Shown here: one piece after another, positions 9,824-22,111 of the stretch | Layout: the number at the start of each line of letters is the position of its first letter | How positions within the stretch are numbered: the stretch's first letter is position 1 | Source: an uncultured delta proteobacterium | GTDB lineage: Bacteria; Myxococcota_A; Polyangia; Polyangiales; Polyangiaceae | Direction of reading: 5' to 3' | NCBI GenBank assembly: GCA_963850305.1 | Contig: CAWKKR010000004.1 | Location: 480,001-544,000 of the forward strand | DNA: 64,000 bases | Made by a program: the position numbers and the translations under genes | Notes under the pieces: model-generated | What the model was told of the DNA's origin: nothing | What the model saw: only the letters and a program-made list of their open reading frames with translations | Database searches by the model: none

Positions 9824-10048
9824 AGCCAGTCCTGCCGTCGTGGTTCCGGGCCGCGACGGCCGTTGCGTGTCGGTTCGGGTAACTCGTGCGCGTAGGGTAC
9901 GCTGTGCCCGATGACGGACGAGCTCAACGAGCTCAACGACCCCCTGCACGCCCTCGGGTTGGTCCTCGACGAGCTGCCCTCCGTCGGCGGCGATCTCCGG
10001 CAAGTGCCGGATACCGTTCTCGCGGGTGGCCCGCTAGCCTGCGCGGCC

Positions 10049-10543
10049 ATGGCTTCGAACCTTCGTTTCTGCGTCCTCGGGGGCCTGGCCGTCTTGCTCG
10101 GCGCCTGTAGCAGCAAGCAAACCGGAGATCCTTGCACTCCGGGCGATCAAGACGGCATCAACGAGCAGCCGCAGACGGTGTTCGCAACCGTCAGTGACGC
10201 GGCGTTCGCCGAAGGCGGCGTGGACAGCGGGTCGACGGAACGAAACTTCACGACGCAGAACTCGAGTACCGTCACGTTCAGACTCACGAACGTCGGCACG
10301 AAGCCGCACGACTTCGCGATCGGGTGCAGGCCCACGGGGCTCCCCGATGGGTGCCCGCAGACGTCCTGCTTCCCCGCTGATGCGAACTTTGCTCCGCTCG
10401 CGCCGGGAGAAACCGAGACTCACACGTTCATGACTCCGGCGGTCGAGGGAGCGTACGAAATACGGTCCGACGTCCAGGGCGACTCGCAGAAGGACGCGGA
10501 CGGCGGGTTCTCCGGGTTGACCGCGGAATTCGTCCTGGAGTGA
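10049..10543 (+). CDS. Cupredoxin-fold lipoprotein with degenerate type-1 copper site
   Basis: Lipobox LGAC; VTFRLTNVGTKPHDF, LAPGETETHTF, GAYEIR pattern; start could be 9911. Confidence 0.6.
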   Translation: MASNLRFCVLGGLAVLLGACSSKQTGDPCTPGDQDGINEQPQTVFATVSDAAFAEGGVDSGSTERNFTTQNSSTVTFRLTNVGTKPHDFAIGCRPTGLPDGCPQTSCFPADANFAPLAPGETETHTFMTPAVEGAYEIRSDVQGDSQKDADGGFSGLTAEFVLE

Positions 10544-10544
10544 T

Positions 10545-13104
10545 GTGGCGTTGCTCTCGCGCTGGGCTTCGACGCTCGGGTTCGCCTCGCTTTTCATCTG
10601 CGCCGTGGCACGGGCGGACCTCGTCGGCGCGGAACCGACGGCTCCCATCCTCGTGCCTTTCCCGGCGGGGGCGCCGCCGGTCGAGACGCAGAATCGTGCT
10701 GCAGCTCGTCGTGGACGCGGCCGGGCACGTGGAGTCTGCGGTAGTGACGTCGCGAGCGCCTGCGGACGCGCCGGCGGCGTTCGGCGACGCGGCGGTCGCG
10801 GCGGCGAAGGCCGCGTCGTTCCGACCGTCGATGCGCGACGGGCACGCGCTTCGTTCCCGCGTCGAATACGTGGTCGTGTTTCATCCGCCGGCGAACGCCG
10901 CTCCTTCCCCTGCGCCGGCCGCGCCCATGGCACTCGGTGCTCCTCCGGCGCACCCGCCCCCCAAAATCTCCAGATCGACCGAGGACGGAGCCCTGTCGAC
11001 GACGGAGCAAGACGAGGACTACCGCGAAGTCGTGCAGGTGCATGGAGTGGGGTGGTCCTCGCCGCGCGGGCTCGGGGACATGCGGATCAAGAGAGAGCTG
11101 CTGAACGCTTCGCCGCGGCAACAGACGAGCGAGATGCTGTCCGCGGCGCCCGGGTTTTTCGTCGATCACGAGGACGGCGAGGGGCTCGGCAACGACGTGT
11201 ACCTGCGCGGGTTCGATCTCGACCACGGGTCGGGCATCGAGATGCGCGTCGGGAACGTGCCGATCAACAACCCGGTGCACGTGCAGGGGCAAGGATACGC
11301 CGACGCGAACTTCATCATCCCCGAGGTCGTGCGCAGCATTCGCGTGCTGGAAGGGCCGTACGACCCGCGCCAGGGTGACGCCGCGATCGTCGGCAGCGCG
11401 TATTTCGACCTCGGCGTGCCGAACCGCGGGAGTCTCGTGAAACTGTCGTACGGCTCGTTCGATCAGATGCGCGTCGTCGGCGTGACGGCGCCCGAAGGCG
11501 CGGACGAAGAGACGTTCGCGGCGTTCGCGCTCCGGAAGACGGACGGATTCGGCGAGAACCGCGCGTCGCAATCCGGAACGGTGAACGCACAGTACGGCTT
11601 CGACCTCGGTGCGCACGACCATCTGCGATTGCTCGGGACGGCGTACGGCGTACGAGCAGCGTTGCCCGGCGTGGTGCGACAGGACGACCTCGATGCCGGG
11701 CGCATCGGGCTCTACGACAGCTACCCGAACTACGCCGAAAACCAGGGCGTTCAGACGTCGCGCGTGATCCTGGGCGCGGACTTCGACCACGTTCAGTCGA
11801 CCGGCGCGCGCTTCGAGTTCGCGCCCTGGGCGATGTGGACGAATTTCCGTGGCCGCCAGAACCTGAGCGGCAACATCTACGGCTCCCTATTGAATCCGGA
11901 GCTCGCGGGCGGACAGGGCGATCTCTGGGAGAGCACGAACGTCGAGACCGCCATGGGCGTCACCTCTCGCTATCACACGGCGCCGGTGGCGCTCGGAACC
12001 TTCGGCGAGCTCGTCGCGGAACCCGGCGTGTACGTCCGCGCGGGTCACACGGATCAGACGAAGAGCTTGCTGAATCCCGAGACGCTCGTGGCGTGGGACC
12101 GGCGGCTCGATGCGGGCCTCGACACCCTGGACGCCGGCGCGTACGTCGATCTCGACTTTCGCTTCTGGAAGCGGCTCCGCGTCTCGGGCGGCGTTCGTGC
12201 CGATCTGCTTCACGTGGGCGTCGACGATCGTCTGGGCTACGACGTGCCACCGGCGGAGCGCGGGGACGCGATTCCGGGCTCGACTCGCGCGACGGAAGGC
12301 GTCGCCGTCAGCCCGCGCGCGACGATCGAATACGACGCGACGCACGAGCTTGCCGTCGTGACCTCGTACGGCGAAGGATTTCGTTCGCTCGACGCGACCG
12401 CGAGCGTCGCCACGGTTGCCGCGACGCAAGGCTCGGGGCCCAGCATCCAGGAAGGCGCGAAGCCGTATTCCAAGGTGCGCTCGTTCGAGGGAGGGCTCCG
12501 CGTGCAGACGCCGAACGAGCGCTACACGGCAACGGCTTCGGCGTTCGAGACGCTCGTCGAGAACGAGCTCGTGTTCGAAGCGACGTCCGGGGGATTCACG
12601 ACCGAGGGCGCCAGCGTGCGCCGCGGCGTGGTCGGCTCGGTCGTGGCGAAACCGGCGGACTTCATTCTCGCGTCGGCCGCCCTCTCGGTCTCTTCGGCGA
12701 CGTTCACGACGCTCGTACCGGGCGTGTCGCACTACGTGCCGAACGTGCCGCCGGTGCTCCTGCGCGTGGACGTGACGGCACACGGCGCGCTCGCGACGCT
12801 CCGCGATCGGCCGCTGACCGGTCGCGTGGGCGTCGGATACACGTTCCTCGCCGGGCGCCATCTGACGGACGCCATCGTCGGCCCATCGAACAACGTGCTC
12901 AACGCGAACGCCGCGCTCCGTTATGGAAGCGTCGAACTCGGCGTCGACGCGTACAACCTGCTGAACCTGCGCTACGCCGACGACGAAGAGTACTATGTAT
13001 CCAACTTCAGCGTGAAACCGGGCACCGCCCTCGCATCGGCAGCGACGCACCTGTTCGCGGCCCCGCCGCTCACGGTGCTCGGCACGGCGGCGTTGTATTT
13101 TTGA
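10545..13104 (+). CDS. TonB-dependent receptor with N-terminal TonB-C-like domain; apparent +1 frameshift at ~10692
   Basis: Signal peptide (…ICAVARA-D) in the 10545 frame; TonB-C domain, plug (YLRGFDLDHG, GQGYAD, GPY), barrel and C-terminal Phe in the 10540 frame. Confidence 0.85.
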
Positions 13105-13110
13105 CGGGAC

Positions 13111-13992
13111 TCACGTCGACACCTCGAGCCGTTTGCGGATCGCCAGCAGTTCCTCGCGGCGCGCGGGAGTCGTTCTGGGATACGCGAGCCCGATGTCTTC
13201 CAGGGTATCGAGGACGACTTGGGACACGATCAACCGGGCGTTTTCCTTGTCGTCGGCGGGGACGACGTACCAGGGCGCATGATGAGTGCTGGTAGCGCCG
13301 AGGCATTCCTCGTAGGCCGTCATGTACTGCTCCCAGAATTCCCTCTCCTGGATGTCCGCCACGCTGAACTTCCAGTTTTTTTCCGGCTTGTCGATGCGTT
13401 CGAGAAAGCGCCGCCGCTGCTCCTCCTTCGAGAGGTGCAGGTAGAATTTGACGATGCGCGTTCCGTTGGCATGGAGGTGCCTCTCCAGGTCCACGATGGA
13501 TCGGTACCGGTCGCGCCAGACGGCTTTTTCCTCGAGCCTCGCGTCCGGGAGCCCTTCGTTCCGGAGGATCTCCGGATGGACGCGAACGATCAGCACCTCT
13601 TCGTAATAGGAGCGATTGAAGATGCCGATCCTCCCGCGTTCCGGGAGATCTCGCGTGGTGCGCCAGAGGAAGTCATGCTTGAGTTCGGTGGCACTCGGAT
13701 GCTTGAAGCTGAACACCTGGCAGCCCTGCGGATTGACCCCGGACATCACGTGCCGGATCGCGCCGTCCTTCCCCGCGGCGTCCATCGCCTGGAAGATCAG
13801 CAGGATGGCGTGGCCGCTCGTGGCGTAGAGCAACTCCTGCTGCGAGCTCAGCCGTTCGATGTGCTCCTTCAGGAGGGTCTCGTATTCTTCCTTCGACCGG
13901 TACGCGGGAGCGACCTTCGTCGGCCATTTCTCCAGATCGACGGCGGCTCCCTCGGTCACGCGAAATTCTTTGGTCTTCACGGTGGTCTGCAT
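13111..13992 (-). CDS. ppk2: Polyphosphate kinase 2 family protein (class III-like)
   Basis: Walker [43 protein letters not shown]. Confidence 0.93.
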   Translation of the reverse strand: MQTTVKTKEFRVTEGAAVDLEKWPTKVAPAYRSKEEYETLLKEHIERLSSQQELLYATSGHAILLIFQAMDAAGKDGAIRHVMSGVNPQGCQVFSFKHPSATELKHDFLWRTTRDLPERGRIGIFNRSYYEEVLIVRVHPEILRNEGLPDARLEEKAVWRDRYRSIVDLERHLHANGTRIVKFYLHLSKEEQRRRFLERIDKPEKNWKFSVADIQEREFWEQYMTAYEECLGATSTHHAPWYVVPADDKENARLIVSQVVLDTLEDIGLAYPRTTPARREELLAIRKRLEVST

Positions 13993-14089
13993 CTCTGGGT
14001 CTCCTGCTCGCCTCGAGCCAGTCTGAAACGACGTGGCCTTCCCGGCCACCTCCGCGCGCGCGGCGTGGACGGGACCGCTCGGCGATCCG

Positions 14090-16672
14090 TCACTTCGTGG
14101 CGCGGAGTCGCCGAGCTCCCCTCACCAGGAGCGGAGATGCCGTCGGGTCGAGCACGCGATACGCGATCAACTTCACGCGGTCGCTCACGACGGCCCACGT
14201 AATGGCATAGCCCCAGACGAAGAACGCCCAGTTCCAGCCGAGCGGCGCCATGAACAACCCATAGACCGCAATCAGTGTGGCCAACGTTTGCGTCCCGAGC
14301 ACCGCCATCCAGAGAATGGGTGCCGGGCGTGTGGACCAGAACGGGCCCCGCGTGCGCGCCAGGAAGATCGTCAGATGGCCCGCCACGGACAGCATCAAGT
14401 ACATCAATGTCTGGATGCGCGGATGAGACAGATGAAAAACACGATCCCCCAGGTAGAATAGACCGAACGAAGCCAGCGGACCGACGACGCCCAGGACCGT
14501 GGCAATCCCCAGCACGAGGCGCATGTTCCAGGCCTCCGGTCTATTTTCGTAACGAACGTCGTCGTAGGCGATGGAGAGGATCGCGCCGTCGTTGAGGAGC
14601 GCGAGGATGACGATCATCACCGCGGTCAGCGGATAGAAATTGAACACCAGGATCGCGAGGGTCATGAACAGGAGCACGCGCAGTGTCTCGGCGATACGAT
14701 AAATCGCGTAGCTGTTCATTCGCCGGAAGATCTTCCGGCTTTCCTCGATCGCATGGATGATGACCGAGAGGCCCGGGGAAAGGAGCACGATGGACGCCGC
14801 CGCCCGCGCGGCGTCCGTGGCGCCCGACACGGCGATCCCGCAGTCCGCCTTCTTCAGCGCGGGCGCGTCGTTCACGCCGTCACCGGTCATGCCGACGATG
14901 TGTCCGCGCTGCTGGAGCACGTCCACGATGTGGAACTTGTGTTCGGGGAACACCTGGGCGAAGCCGTCGGCCTTCTCGATGGACTCGGCGGAACGCGCCG
15001 ACTCGTGATGCTTCGTGTCACCTAGACCGCTGGCGTCGAGAATGTTCGCGCCCATCCCGAGCTGCCGCGCCGTCTCGCGAGCGATCGCCACCTGGTCCCC
15101 CGTGACCATCTTCACCTCCACGCCCATCCGGCGAGCGCTCGCGATGGTGGCCCTCGCCTGTTCGCGCGGAGGATCGAACAGCGGCAACACCCCGATGAAC
15201 TTCCACGGGCCTTCCTGCTGGCCGCGAGCCACACCGAGCGAGCGGAAGCCGCGGCGGGCAAACTCGTCGATGGCCTGCTCGACCATGGGCCTTACGTCAG
15301 CACCGTCGGCCGACATGTCGAGGATCACCTGGGGCGCCCCCTTCGTGACCTTGAATTTCTTCCCGTCCGGGCCATCGACGGAAGCCTCGGTCCGCTTTTG
15401 GACGGGATCGAAGGGCTGGAAGTGAAGAACCTCGTAGCTCTCCGTGTCCCGATCGCTCTTCAGTCCCCCGATGACGGCAAGGTCGATCGCGTCGTGGTCC
15501 TCCGCGCGCGAGGCCAGCGCCGCACAGAGGATGAGCTCCTCCGCGGCGACGCCGCCGACGCAGAACGGATCTCCGAGGGTCAGCTTGTTTTGCGTTAGCG
15601 TTCCGGTCTTGTCGGAGCACAGGATGTCCACCCCTGCGAGTTCCTCGATTGCGGCGAGCCGCGTGATGATCGCTTGCTCCTTCGCCAGCAGGCGCGCGCC
15701 GACGGCCATCGTCACCGACAGCACCGTGGGCATCGCGACGGGGATCGCCGCCACGAGCAGCACCAGCGCAAACTGGAAGGTGGTGAGGACGGGGTCGCTA
15801 CGGAATAGGGCAACGACGATGATCACCGCGACCAGCGCGACCGCGAGAAGGATGAGGTAGTCCCCGATCTTCAGGACGGCTCGCTGAAAGTGGCTGACCG
15901 TCGTGGCCTCGTTCACGAGCTCCGCGGTCTTGCCGAAATAGGTCTGCGCACCGGTGGCGTACACCATCGCCTCGACCTCGCCGCGGCGCATGACCGAACC
16001 CGAGAACAGCGCTTCGCCCGCCTTCCGAGTCGCCGGCAGAGACTCGCCCGTGAGCGCCGACTCGTCCACCTGCACCGGATCGCCGCCGAGCAAGCGCACG
16101 TCGGCGGGCACGATGTCCCCGAGGCGCACGCGAATGACGTCGCCGGGCACGAGTTCGCGCGCCTCCAGGTTGCTCCAGCTCCCGTCGCGCTTGACGGTAG
16201 CCTGGAGCGCCAGCTTCGCCCGGAGCGCGGCGATGGCGTTGCCTGCCTGCCGCTCTTCCCAGAACCCGACCAGCGCGTTGGACACCAGCAAGACGAGAAT
16301 GATCCACAGGTCCAGCCAGTGCCGGACTATCGCCGACAGAATCACCGCCCCTTCGATCATCCCCGGGATGGGACCCCAGAAGTAGCCGAGAGCCTGGAGC
16401 AGCACGCTCGTCTTGCGCTCCTGAAGTTCGTTCGGCCCGTATGCGGCGAGCCGCTTCCGAGCTTCGGCGAGCGTCAGCCCATCGGATGACGACCCGAGCC
16501 GCTGCTGAAGCCCCGGCATGGGTACGGATTTCAGAACGTCAGCGGGGTAAGCCTCGGACGAGGTTTCGCCGTGGGGACTCGTCCGCGGCGCGGAGCCGCG
16601 CTTCGCGCGGTGGGTGGTCTTCGCGACCGACTCCGACTTCGAAGCAGTGGACCGAGCTGAATCGGGTTCCAT
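14090..16672 (-). CDS. Plasma-membrane proton-efflux P-type ATPase (P3A, PMA1/AHA-like)
   Basis: [57 protein letters not shown] (TM6 Asp); GGAGG SD before ATG 16672. Confidence 0.92.
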   Translation of the reverse strand: MEPDSARSTASKSESVAKTTHRAKRGSAPRTSPHGETSSEAYPADVLKSVPMPGLQQRLGSSSDGLTLAEARKRLAAYGPNELQERKTSVLLQALGYFWGPIPGMIEGAVILSAIVRHWLDLWIILVLLVSNALVGFWEERQAGNAIAALRAKLALQATVKRDGSWSNLEARELVPGDVIRVRLGDIVPADVRLLGGDPVQVDESALTGESLPATRKAGEALFSGSVMRRGEVEAMVYATGAQTYFGKTAELVNEATTVSHFQRAVLKIGDYLILLAVALVAVIIVVALFRSDPVLTTFQFALVLLVAAIPVAMPTVLSVTMAVGARLLAKEQAIITRLAAIEELAGVDILCSDKTGTLTQNKLTLGDPFCVGGVAAEELILCAALASRAEDHDAIDLAVIGGLKSDRDTESYEVLHFQPFDPVQKRTEASVDGPDGKKFKVTKGAPQVILDMSADGADVRPMVEQAIDEFARRGFRSLGVARGQQEGPWKFIGVLPLFDPPREQARATIASARRMGVEVKMVTGDQVAIARETARQLGMGANILDASGLGDTKHHESARSAESIEKADGFAQVFPEHKFHIVDVLQQRGHIVGMTGDGVNDAPALKKADCGIAVSGATDAARAAASIVLLSPGLSVIIHAIEESRKIFRRMNSYAIYRIAETLRVLLFMTLAILVFNFYPLTAVMIVILALLNDGAILSIAYDDVRYENRPEAWNMRLVLGIATVLGVVGPLASFGLFYLGDRVFHLSHPRIQTLMYLMLSVAGHLTIFLARTRGPFWSTRPAPILWMAVLGTQTLATLIAVYGLFMAPLGWNWAFFVWGYAITWAVVSDRVKLIAYRVLDPTASPLLVRGARRLRATK

Positions 16673-16912
16673 GTCGGTTCCTCCGTGTGCGGCAGGCAAT
16701 GCGCTCCGTGCGTGCACCACCGGTCGCCCGTTTCGTCGAGGGCCTTCGGGCGTTTGGTAGACCGCGTAGCATGTCCCGTACCAAGGCCGGTTTTCGCCGC
16801 CTGGGCGAGCGCTCGGTCCATCTTCGATGTCCGGCGAACGGAGTCGTCACGCAAAGCTCACCCTGAGCTCACCTTTGCGACACGGACATGGCAAAGTGTG
16901 GCCGCCCCGCGA

Positions 16913-19084
16913 ATGGACGAAAGCGCAGTGACTCTGGCCGAAGAACCCGCACCCAGCCGCGCGGTCATCGAAGCGTCGAAGGACGAGGCGAAGGCCAAGG
17001 ACGAGGCCGGAACACCGTTCATCAACCGCGAGCTGAGCTGGCTGAGGTTCAATCGCCGCGTCCTCGCCGAGGCGCTGGACGACAGTCTCCCGATCATCGA
17101 GCGCGTTCGCTTTCTGTCGATCTTCAGCAGCAACCTCGACGAATTCTTCATGATCCGCGTGTCGGGGCTGCGTGCGCAGATGGCGACGATGGCGAACGAG
17201 CGGTCGTCCGATGGGCGAACGCCCGCGGAGCAACTCGCCGCGATTCGACGCGACCTTTCGCCGACACTCGATCGGGCGGCCGCGTGCTGGCAGGACGATC
17301 TGCTCAAGCGACTCGCGCAGGAAGGCATCCGCATCCTCCGATACGACGAGCTGAAGAAGAAACAGCGACATCTCCTCCGCCAGCACTTTCAGAAGCACAT
17401 CTTCCCCACCCTGACGCCCCTCGCCTTCGACCCGGGACACCCGTTTCCGCACATCTCCAACCTGAGCATCAATCTCGCGGTCGTCGTGCGGGCGCCGAAC
17501 CAGCTGGAGAAGTTCGCGAGGCTGCGTGCACCGGCGAGTCTCGCTCGGTTCGTCCGGATCCCCGACGAGGAGAAGGCCGAGAAATACGACGAGCTGGGGC
17601 TTCAGAACATCGTCGAACCGAACTTCGTGTGGCTCGAGGAGGTGATTGCCGCGAACCTCGATCTCTTGTTCCCGAAGATGGAGGTCGTCGCGTGCTATCC
17701 GTTCCGCGTCACGCGCGACGCCGACACGGAGATCGAAAGTGACGAGGCCGAGGACCTCCTGACGGCCATCTCGCACGTCGTGGAGCGGCGCTACTTCGGG
17801 CGCGCGGTCCGGCTCGAAATCGACAGTCAGATGCCGGAGCGCATCCGCGACATCCTCACGGTGAACCTCGAGCTCTTGCCGTATCAGGTGTACACGGCGC
17901 TGGGGCCAATCGGACTCGCCGATCTCGCGCAGCTGACGTCGATCGACCGCCCTCAGCTCAAGTATCCGCCATTCACGCCGGTGACGCGACGGTTCCCGGG
18001 CCCCGAGGGGATCTTCGGCGCGATCCGGAAGCGCGACATCATCCTCCATCACCCGTACGACTCGTTCGATACGGTGCTCGAGTTTCTCTCGACCGCCGCG
18101 AAGGATCCGGACGTCATCGCGATCAAACAGACGCTTTATCGCGTCGGTCCGGCGTCTCCCATCGTTTCTTATCTGAAGGAAGCGCGCGAGAACGAGAAGC
18201 AAGTCGCGACGCTGGTCGAGCTCAAGGCGCGATTCGACGAAGAGAACAACATCGTCTGGGCGCAGGAACTCGAACAGGCCGGCGTTCACGTCGTTTACGG
18301 CGTGGTCGGTCTCAAGACGCACGCGAAGATGGCGCTCGTCGTCCGGCGCGAGGGCAACCGGCTCCGTCTCTACGTGCACCTCGGCACCGGGAACTACAAC
18401 GCGGTGACCGGCAAGCTCTACACGGACATCGGTCTGCTCACGTGTAACCCCGACATCGCCCGGGACGTGCTGGACCTCTTCAACGGGCTCACGGGCTACT
18501 CCGGCAAGACGGATTATCACGAGCTCATCGTCGCGCCCGGATCCATGCGGGATCACATGCTCGCGCGCATCGAGCGCGAGGTCGAAGCACACCGTACGCA
18601 CGGGCAGGGACGGATCGCGTGGAAGCTGAACTCGCTGTCCGACGAGCCCATCGTCGAAGCGCTCTACCGTGCGTCGCAGGCCGGCGTGCGCGTCGATCTC
18701 GTGGTGCGAGGCATTTGCTGTTTGAGGCCTGGCGTAGCCGGGCTAAGCGAGAATATCCGCGTAACCTCCGTCGTGGGCCGGTTCCTCGAGCACGAACGCA
18801 TCTACTACTTCGCGAACGGAGGGAAGGAGGAGCTCCTGATCGGCAGTGCCGACATGATGCGCCGGAACCTGGATCGCCGCGTCGAGGTCATCGTCCCGGT
18901 GAAAGATCCGGAGCTCCGCGCCGCGGTTCGTGACAGCATCCTCGAGGTGTCGCTCGGAGACAACGTCAAGTGCTGGGAGCTGTACCCGGACGGTTCCTAC
19001 AAGCGCCGTGAGGTCGGCGATGCCGAGCCGCTGAACTCGCAGGAGCGTCTGATGGCCAAGGGAGGCACCTGGCGGGGTGAATGA
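16913..19084 (+). CDS. ppk1: Polyphosphate kinase 1
   Basis: NRELSWLRFNRRVL, SSNLDEFFMIRV, HHPYDSF, ELKARFDEENNI, KTHAK, GRFLEHERI, SADMMRRNLDRRVE. Confidence 0.97.
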   Translation: MDESAVTLAEEPAPSRAVIEASKDEAKAKDEAGTPFINRELSWLRFNRRVLAEALDDSLPIIERVRFLSIFSSNLDEFFMIRVSGLRAQMATMANERSSDGRTPAEQLAAIRRDLSPTLDRAAACWQDDLLKRLAQEGIRILRYDELKKKQRHLLRQHFQKHIFPTLTPLAFDPGHPFPHISNLSINLAVVVRAPNQLEKFARLRAPASLARFVRIPDEEKAEKYDELGLQNIVEPNFVWLEEVIAANLDLLFPKMEVVACYPFRVTRDADTEIESDEAEDLLTAISHVVERRYFGRAVRLEIDSQMPERIRDILTVNLELLPYQVYTALGPIGLADLAQLTSIDRPQLKYPPFTPVTRRFPGPEGIFGAIRKRDIILHHPYDSFDTVLEFLSTAAKDPDVIAIKQTLYRVGPASPIVSYLKEARENEKQVATLVELKARFDEENNIVWAQELEQAGVHVVYGVVGLKTHAKMALVVRREGNRLRLYVHLGTGNYNAVTGKLYTDIGLLTCNPDIARDVLDLFNGLTGYSGKTDYHELIVAPGSMRDHMLARIEREVEAHRTHGQGRIAWKLNSLSDEPIVEALYRASQAGVRVDLVVRGICCLRPGVAGLSENIRVTSVVGRFLEHERIYYFANGGKEELLIGSADMMRRNLDRRVEVIVPVKDPELRAAVRDSILEVSLGDNVKCWELYPDGSYKRREVGDAEPLNSQERLMAKGGTWRGE

Positions 19085-19590
19085 CGGAGCTCCTGGTCGT
19101 GCGTCACGGCATCGCGCTCGGCCGTGAAGACGCGGCCGCCGCGGAGCTCGACGATCGGGAGCGACCGCTCACGCGCCGCGGGCGCGAACGGACGACGCTC
19201 GTCGCGGAAGCGCTGGCGAAGCGGAAGCCGCGCCTCGACGCGATCTTCACGAGCCCGCTCCGCCGCGCGCGCGAGACGGCGGAGCTCCTGGCGGACGCCT
19301 GCGGGGGGCTGAACTGCGTCGAGACGACGTCGCTCCTGCCGGACGCGGACCCGCGGGAGCTCGCGGAATTTCTCTCGGAGAGGACCGTTCCGCGAACCAT
19401 CGCGGTCGTGGGTCACGAGCCGCATCTCGGTTGCTTCGTCGGATGGAGTCTGACGGGGGAACGTCGCTCCGTGATCGAGCTAAGAAAGGCGGGCACGTGC
19501 CTGCTCCGTTTCGAGGGCGCGCCGCGCGCCGGCGAGGGACGGCTGATTTGGCTCTTGTCGCCGGCACTGATGCGCGGAAGATGCGGCTGA
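19081..19590 (+). CDS. sixA: SixA-like phosphohistidine phosphatase
   Basis: VVRHGIA, RPLTRRG, TSPLRRARETA, VVGHEP; ATGA overlap with ppk1. Confidence 0.88.
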   Translation: MTELLVVRHGIALGREDAAAAELDDRERPLTRRGRERTTLVAEALAKRKPRLDAIFTSPLRRARETAELLADACGGLNCVETTSLLPDADPRELAEFLSERTVPRTIAVVGHEPHLGCFVGWSLTGERRSVIELRKAGTCLLRFEGAPRAGEGRLIWLLSPALMRGRCG

Positions 19591-21107
19591 TGGCGAGCGC
19601 GTCGAATCCGTCGTACCCGCGCGGGCAGACCCTGGCCGCGATCGATCTCGGATCGAACAGCTTCCACATGGTGGTCGCAAGGGTGATGGACGGACAGCTC
19701 GTCATCGTCGACCGGATGAAGGAAATGGTGCAGCTTCGTGCCGGGCTCGACGCCAGCCGGCGCCTCGACGCCGCGGCGGAGCAACGCGCGCTCGCGTGCC
19801 TGGAGCGGTTCGGACAGCGCGTGCGCTCCCTGCCGGAAGAGAGTGTGCGCGCCGTCGGAACGAACACGCTTAGGCTCGCGCGCAATGCCGACCCGTTTCT
19901 CGAGAAGGCGGAAAACGCACTCGGGCAGCCCATCGAAATCATCAGCGGCATCGAAGAAGCACGGCTCATCTACCTCGGAGTAGCGCACGGTTTCGGGCCC
20001 AGTGACGAGCGACGCCTCGTCGTCGACATCGGAGGGGGCAGCACGGAGCTCGTCGTCGGCGAGCGATTCTCGCCGCTCGATCTGGAGAGCCTGTACATGG
20101 GCTGCGTCGCCATGATGCAGCTCCATTTCCCGGATGGAAGACTCTCCGCAAGGCGATTCCGCCGTGCGGAAGTCGCGGCCCTTCAGGAACTGGAGCGTGT
20201 CGAGAAGCGGTTCCGGCGCATCGGCTGGAAGATGGCCATCGGGGCGTCCGGCACGATCCGCGCCGTCAGCGGCGTCATCCACGAAAGCACACCGGGCAAG
20301 CCGGGCATCACGCGAGAGGCGCTGAAGAAGCTCCGCGCCACCGTTCTCGCGGCCGAACACGTCGACCAGCTCTCGCTGCCTGGGTTGACTCCGTCACGCG
20401 CGGCGGTGTTCCCGGGCGGCCTCGCGATTCTCTCGGCCATCTTCGAGAGCTTGCAGATCGACGAGATGCAGGTGAGTCAGAGCGCGCTCCGCGAGGGGCT
20501 GCTGAACGACCTCGTCGGGCGCTTCTTCCATCGCGACGTGCGCACCATGACCGTGACCGCCCTGATGGATCGGTATCACGTCGATCGCGAGCAAGCCGAG
20601 CGAGTCGAGAAGACCCTGCTCAAGCTACTCCCGCAGGTGGAGACCGCCTGGGATCTCCCCTCCCCGCGGTCGCTCGAGCTCTGCTCGTGGGCGGCGCGCC
20701 TCCACGAGATCGGCCTCGATATCGCGCACAGCCACTATCACAAGCACGGCGCCTACGTGCTCGAGAACGCGGACATGCCGGGGTTCTCGCTCCAGGAACA
20801 GAGGCTCTTGTCGGCGCTGGTCCGCGCGCACCGTCGCAAGTTCCCGGTGAGCACCTTCAGGAGCCTTCCCGCCAAGGCGCGCGTCGTGGAACACCTCGCC
20901 GTCCTTCTCCGGCTCTCCGTGCTCCTGCACCGGAGCCGCGCCGACGTCCCGGACCTCTCGCTCCTACCCGGAAGGCGGAGGCTCGAGCTCAAGTTTCCCG
21001 CCGGCTGGCTCGAGGCGCAGCCGCTCACGCAGGCGGATCTCCAGGAAGAGGCGGAGTTCCTGCGCGAGGCGGATTTCGAGCTGCGCGTGCCGTCCGCGTC
21101 GGCGTAA
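19590..21107 (+). CDS. ppx: Exopolyphosphatase Ppx/GppA
   Basis: AAIDLGSNSFHM, ISGIEEARLIY, VDIGGGSTE, ALREGLL, HD-type C-terminal domain (LHEIG, YHKHGAY). Confidence 0.95.
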   Translation: MASASNPSYPRGQTLAAIDLGSNSFHMVVARVMDGQLVIVDRMKEMVQLRAGLDASRRLDAAAEQRALACLERFGQRVRSLPEESVRAVGTNTLRLARNADPFLEKAENALGQPIEIISGIEEARLIYLGVAHGFGPSDERRLVVDIGGGSTELVVGERFSPLDLESLYMGCVAMMQLHFPDGRLSARRFRRAEVAALQELERVEKRFRRIGWKMAIGASGTIRAVSGVIHESTPGKPGITREALKKLRATVLAAEHVDQLSLPGLTPSRAAVFPGGLAILSAIFESLQIDEMQVSQSALREGLLNDLVGRFFHRDVRTMTVTALMDRYHVDREQAERVEKTLLKLLPQVETAWDLPSPRSLELCSWAARLHEIGLDIAHSHYHKHGAYVLENADMPGFSLQEQRLLSALVRAHRRKFPVSTFRSLPAKARVVEHLAVLLRLSVLLHRSRADVPDLSLLPGRRRLELKFPAGWLEAQPLTQADLQEEAEFLREADFELRVPSASA

Positions 21108-21128
21108 CGCATCGAGTAGACTCGGAGC

Positions 21129-22109
<981 letters not shown>

Positions 22110-22111
22110 GC

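Noticed and set aside
9911..10048. In-frame N-terminal extension of the cupredoxin-like gene (ELNDPL, faintly HisKA-like)
   Set aside because: Too short to assign and would bury the lipoprotein signal; ATG 10049 preferred
14005..14020. GG-N10-GC upstream of ppk2, also 14 nt from the ATG
   Set aside because: Lacks the TT of the -12 box, has a well-placed AGGAG SD, and the gene is probably co-transcribed with the ATPase
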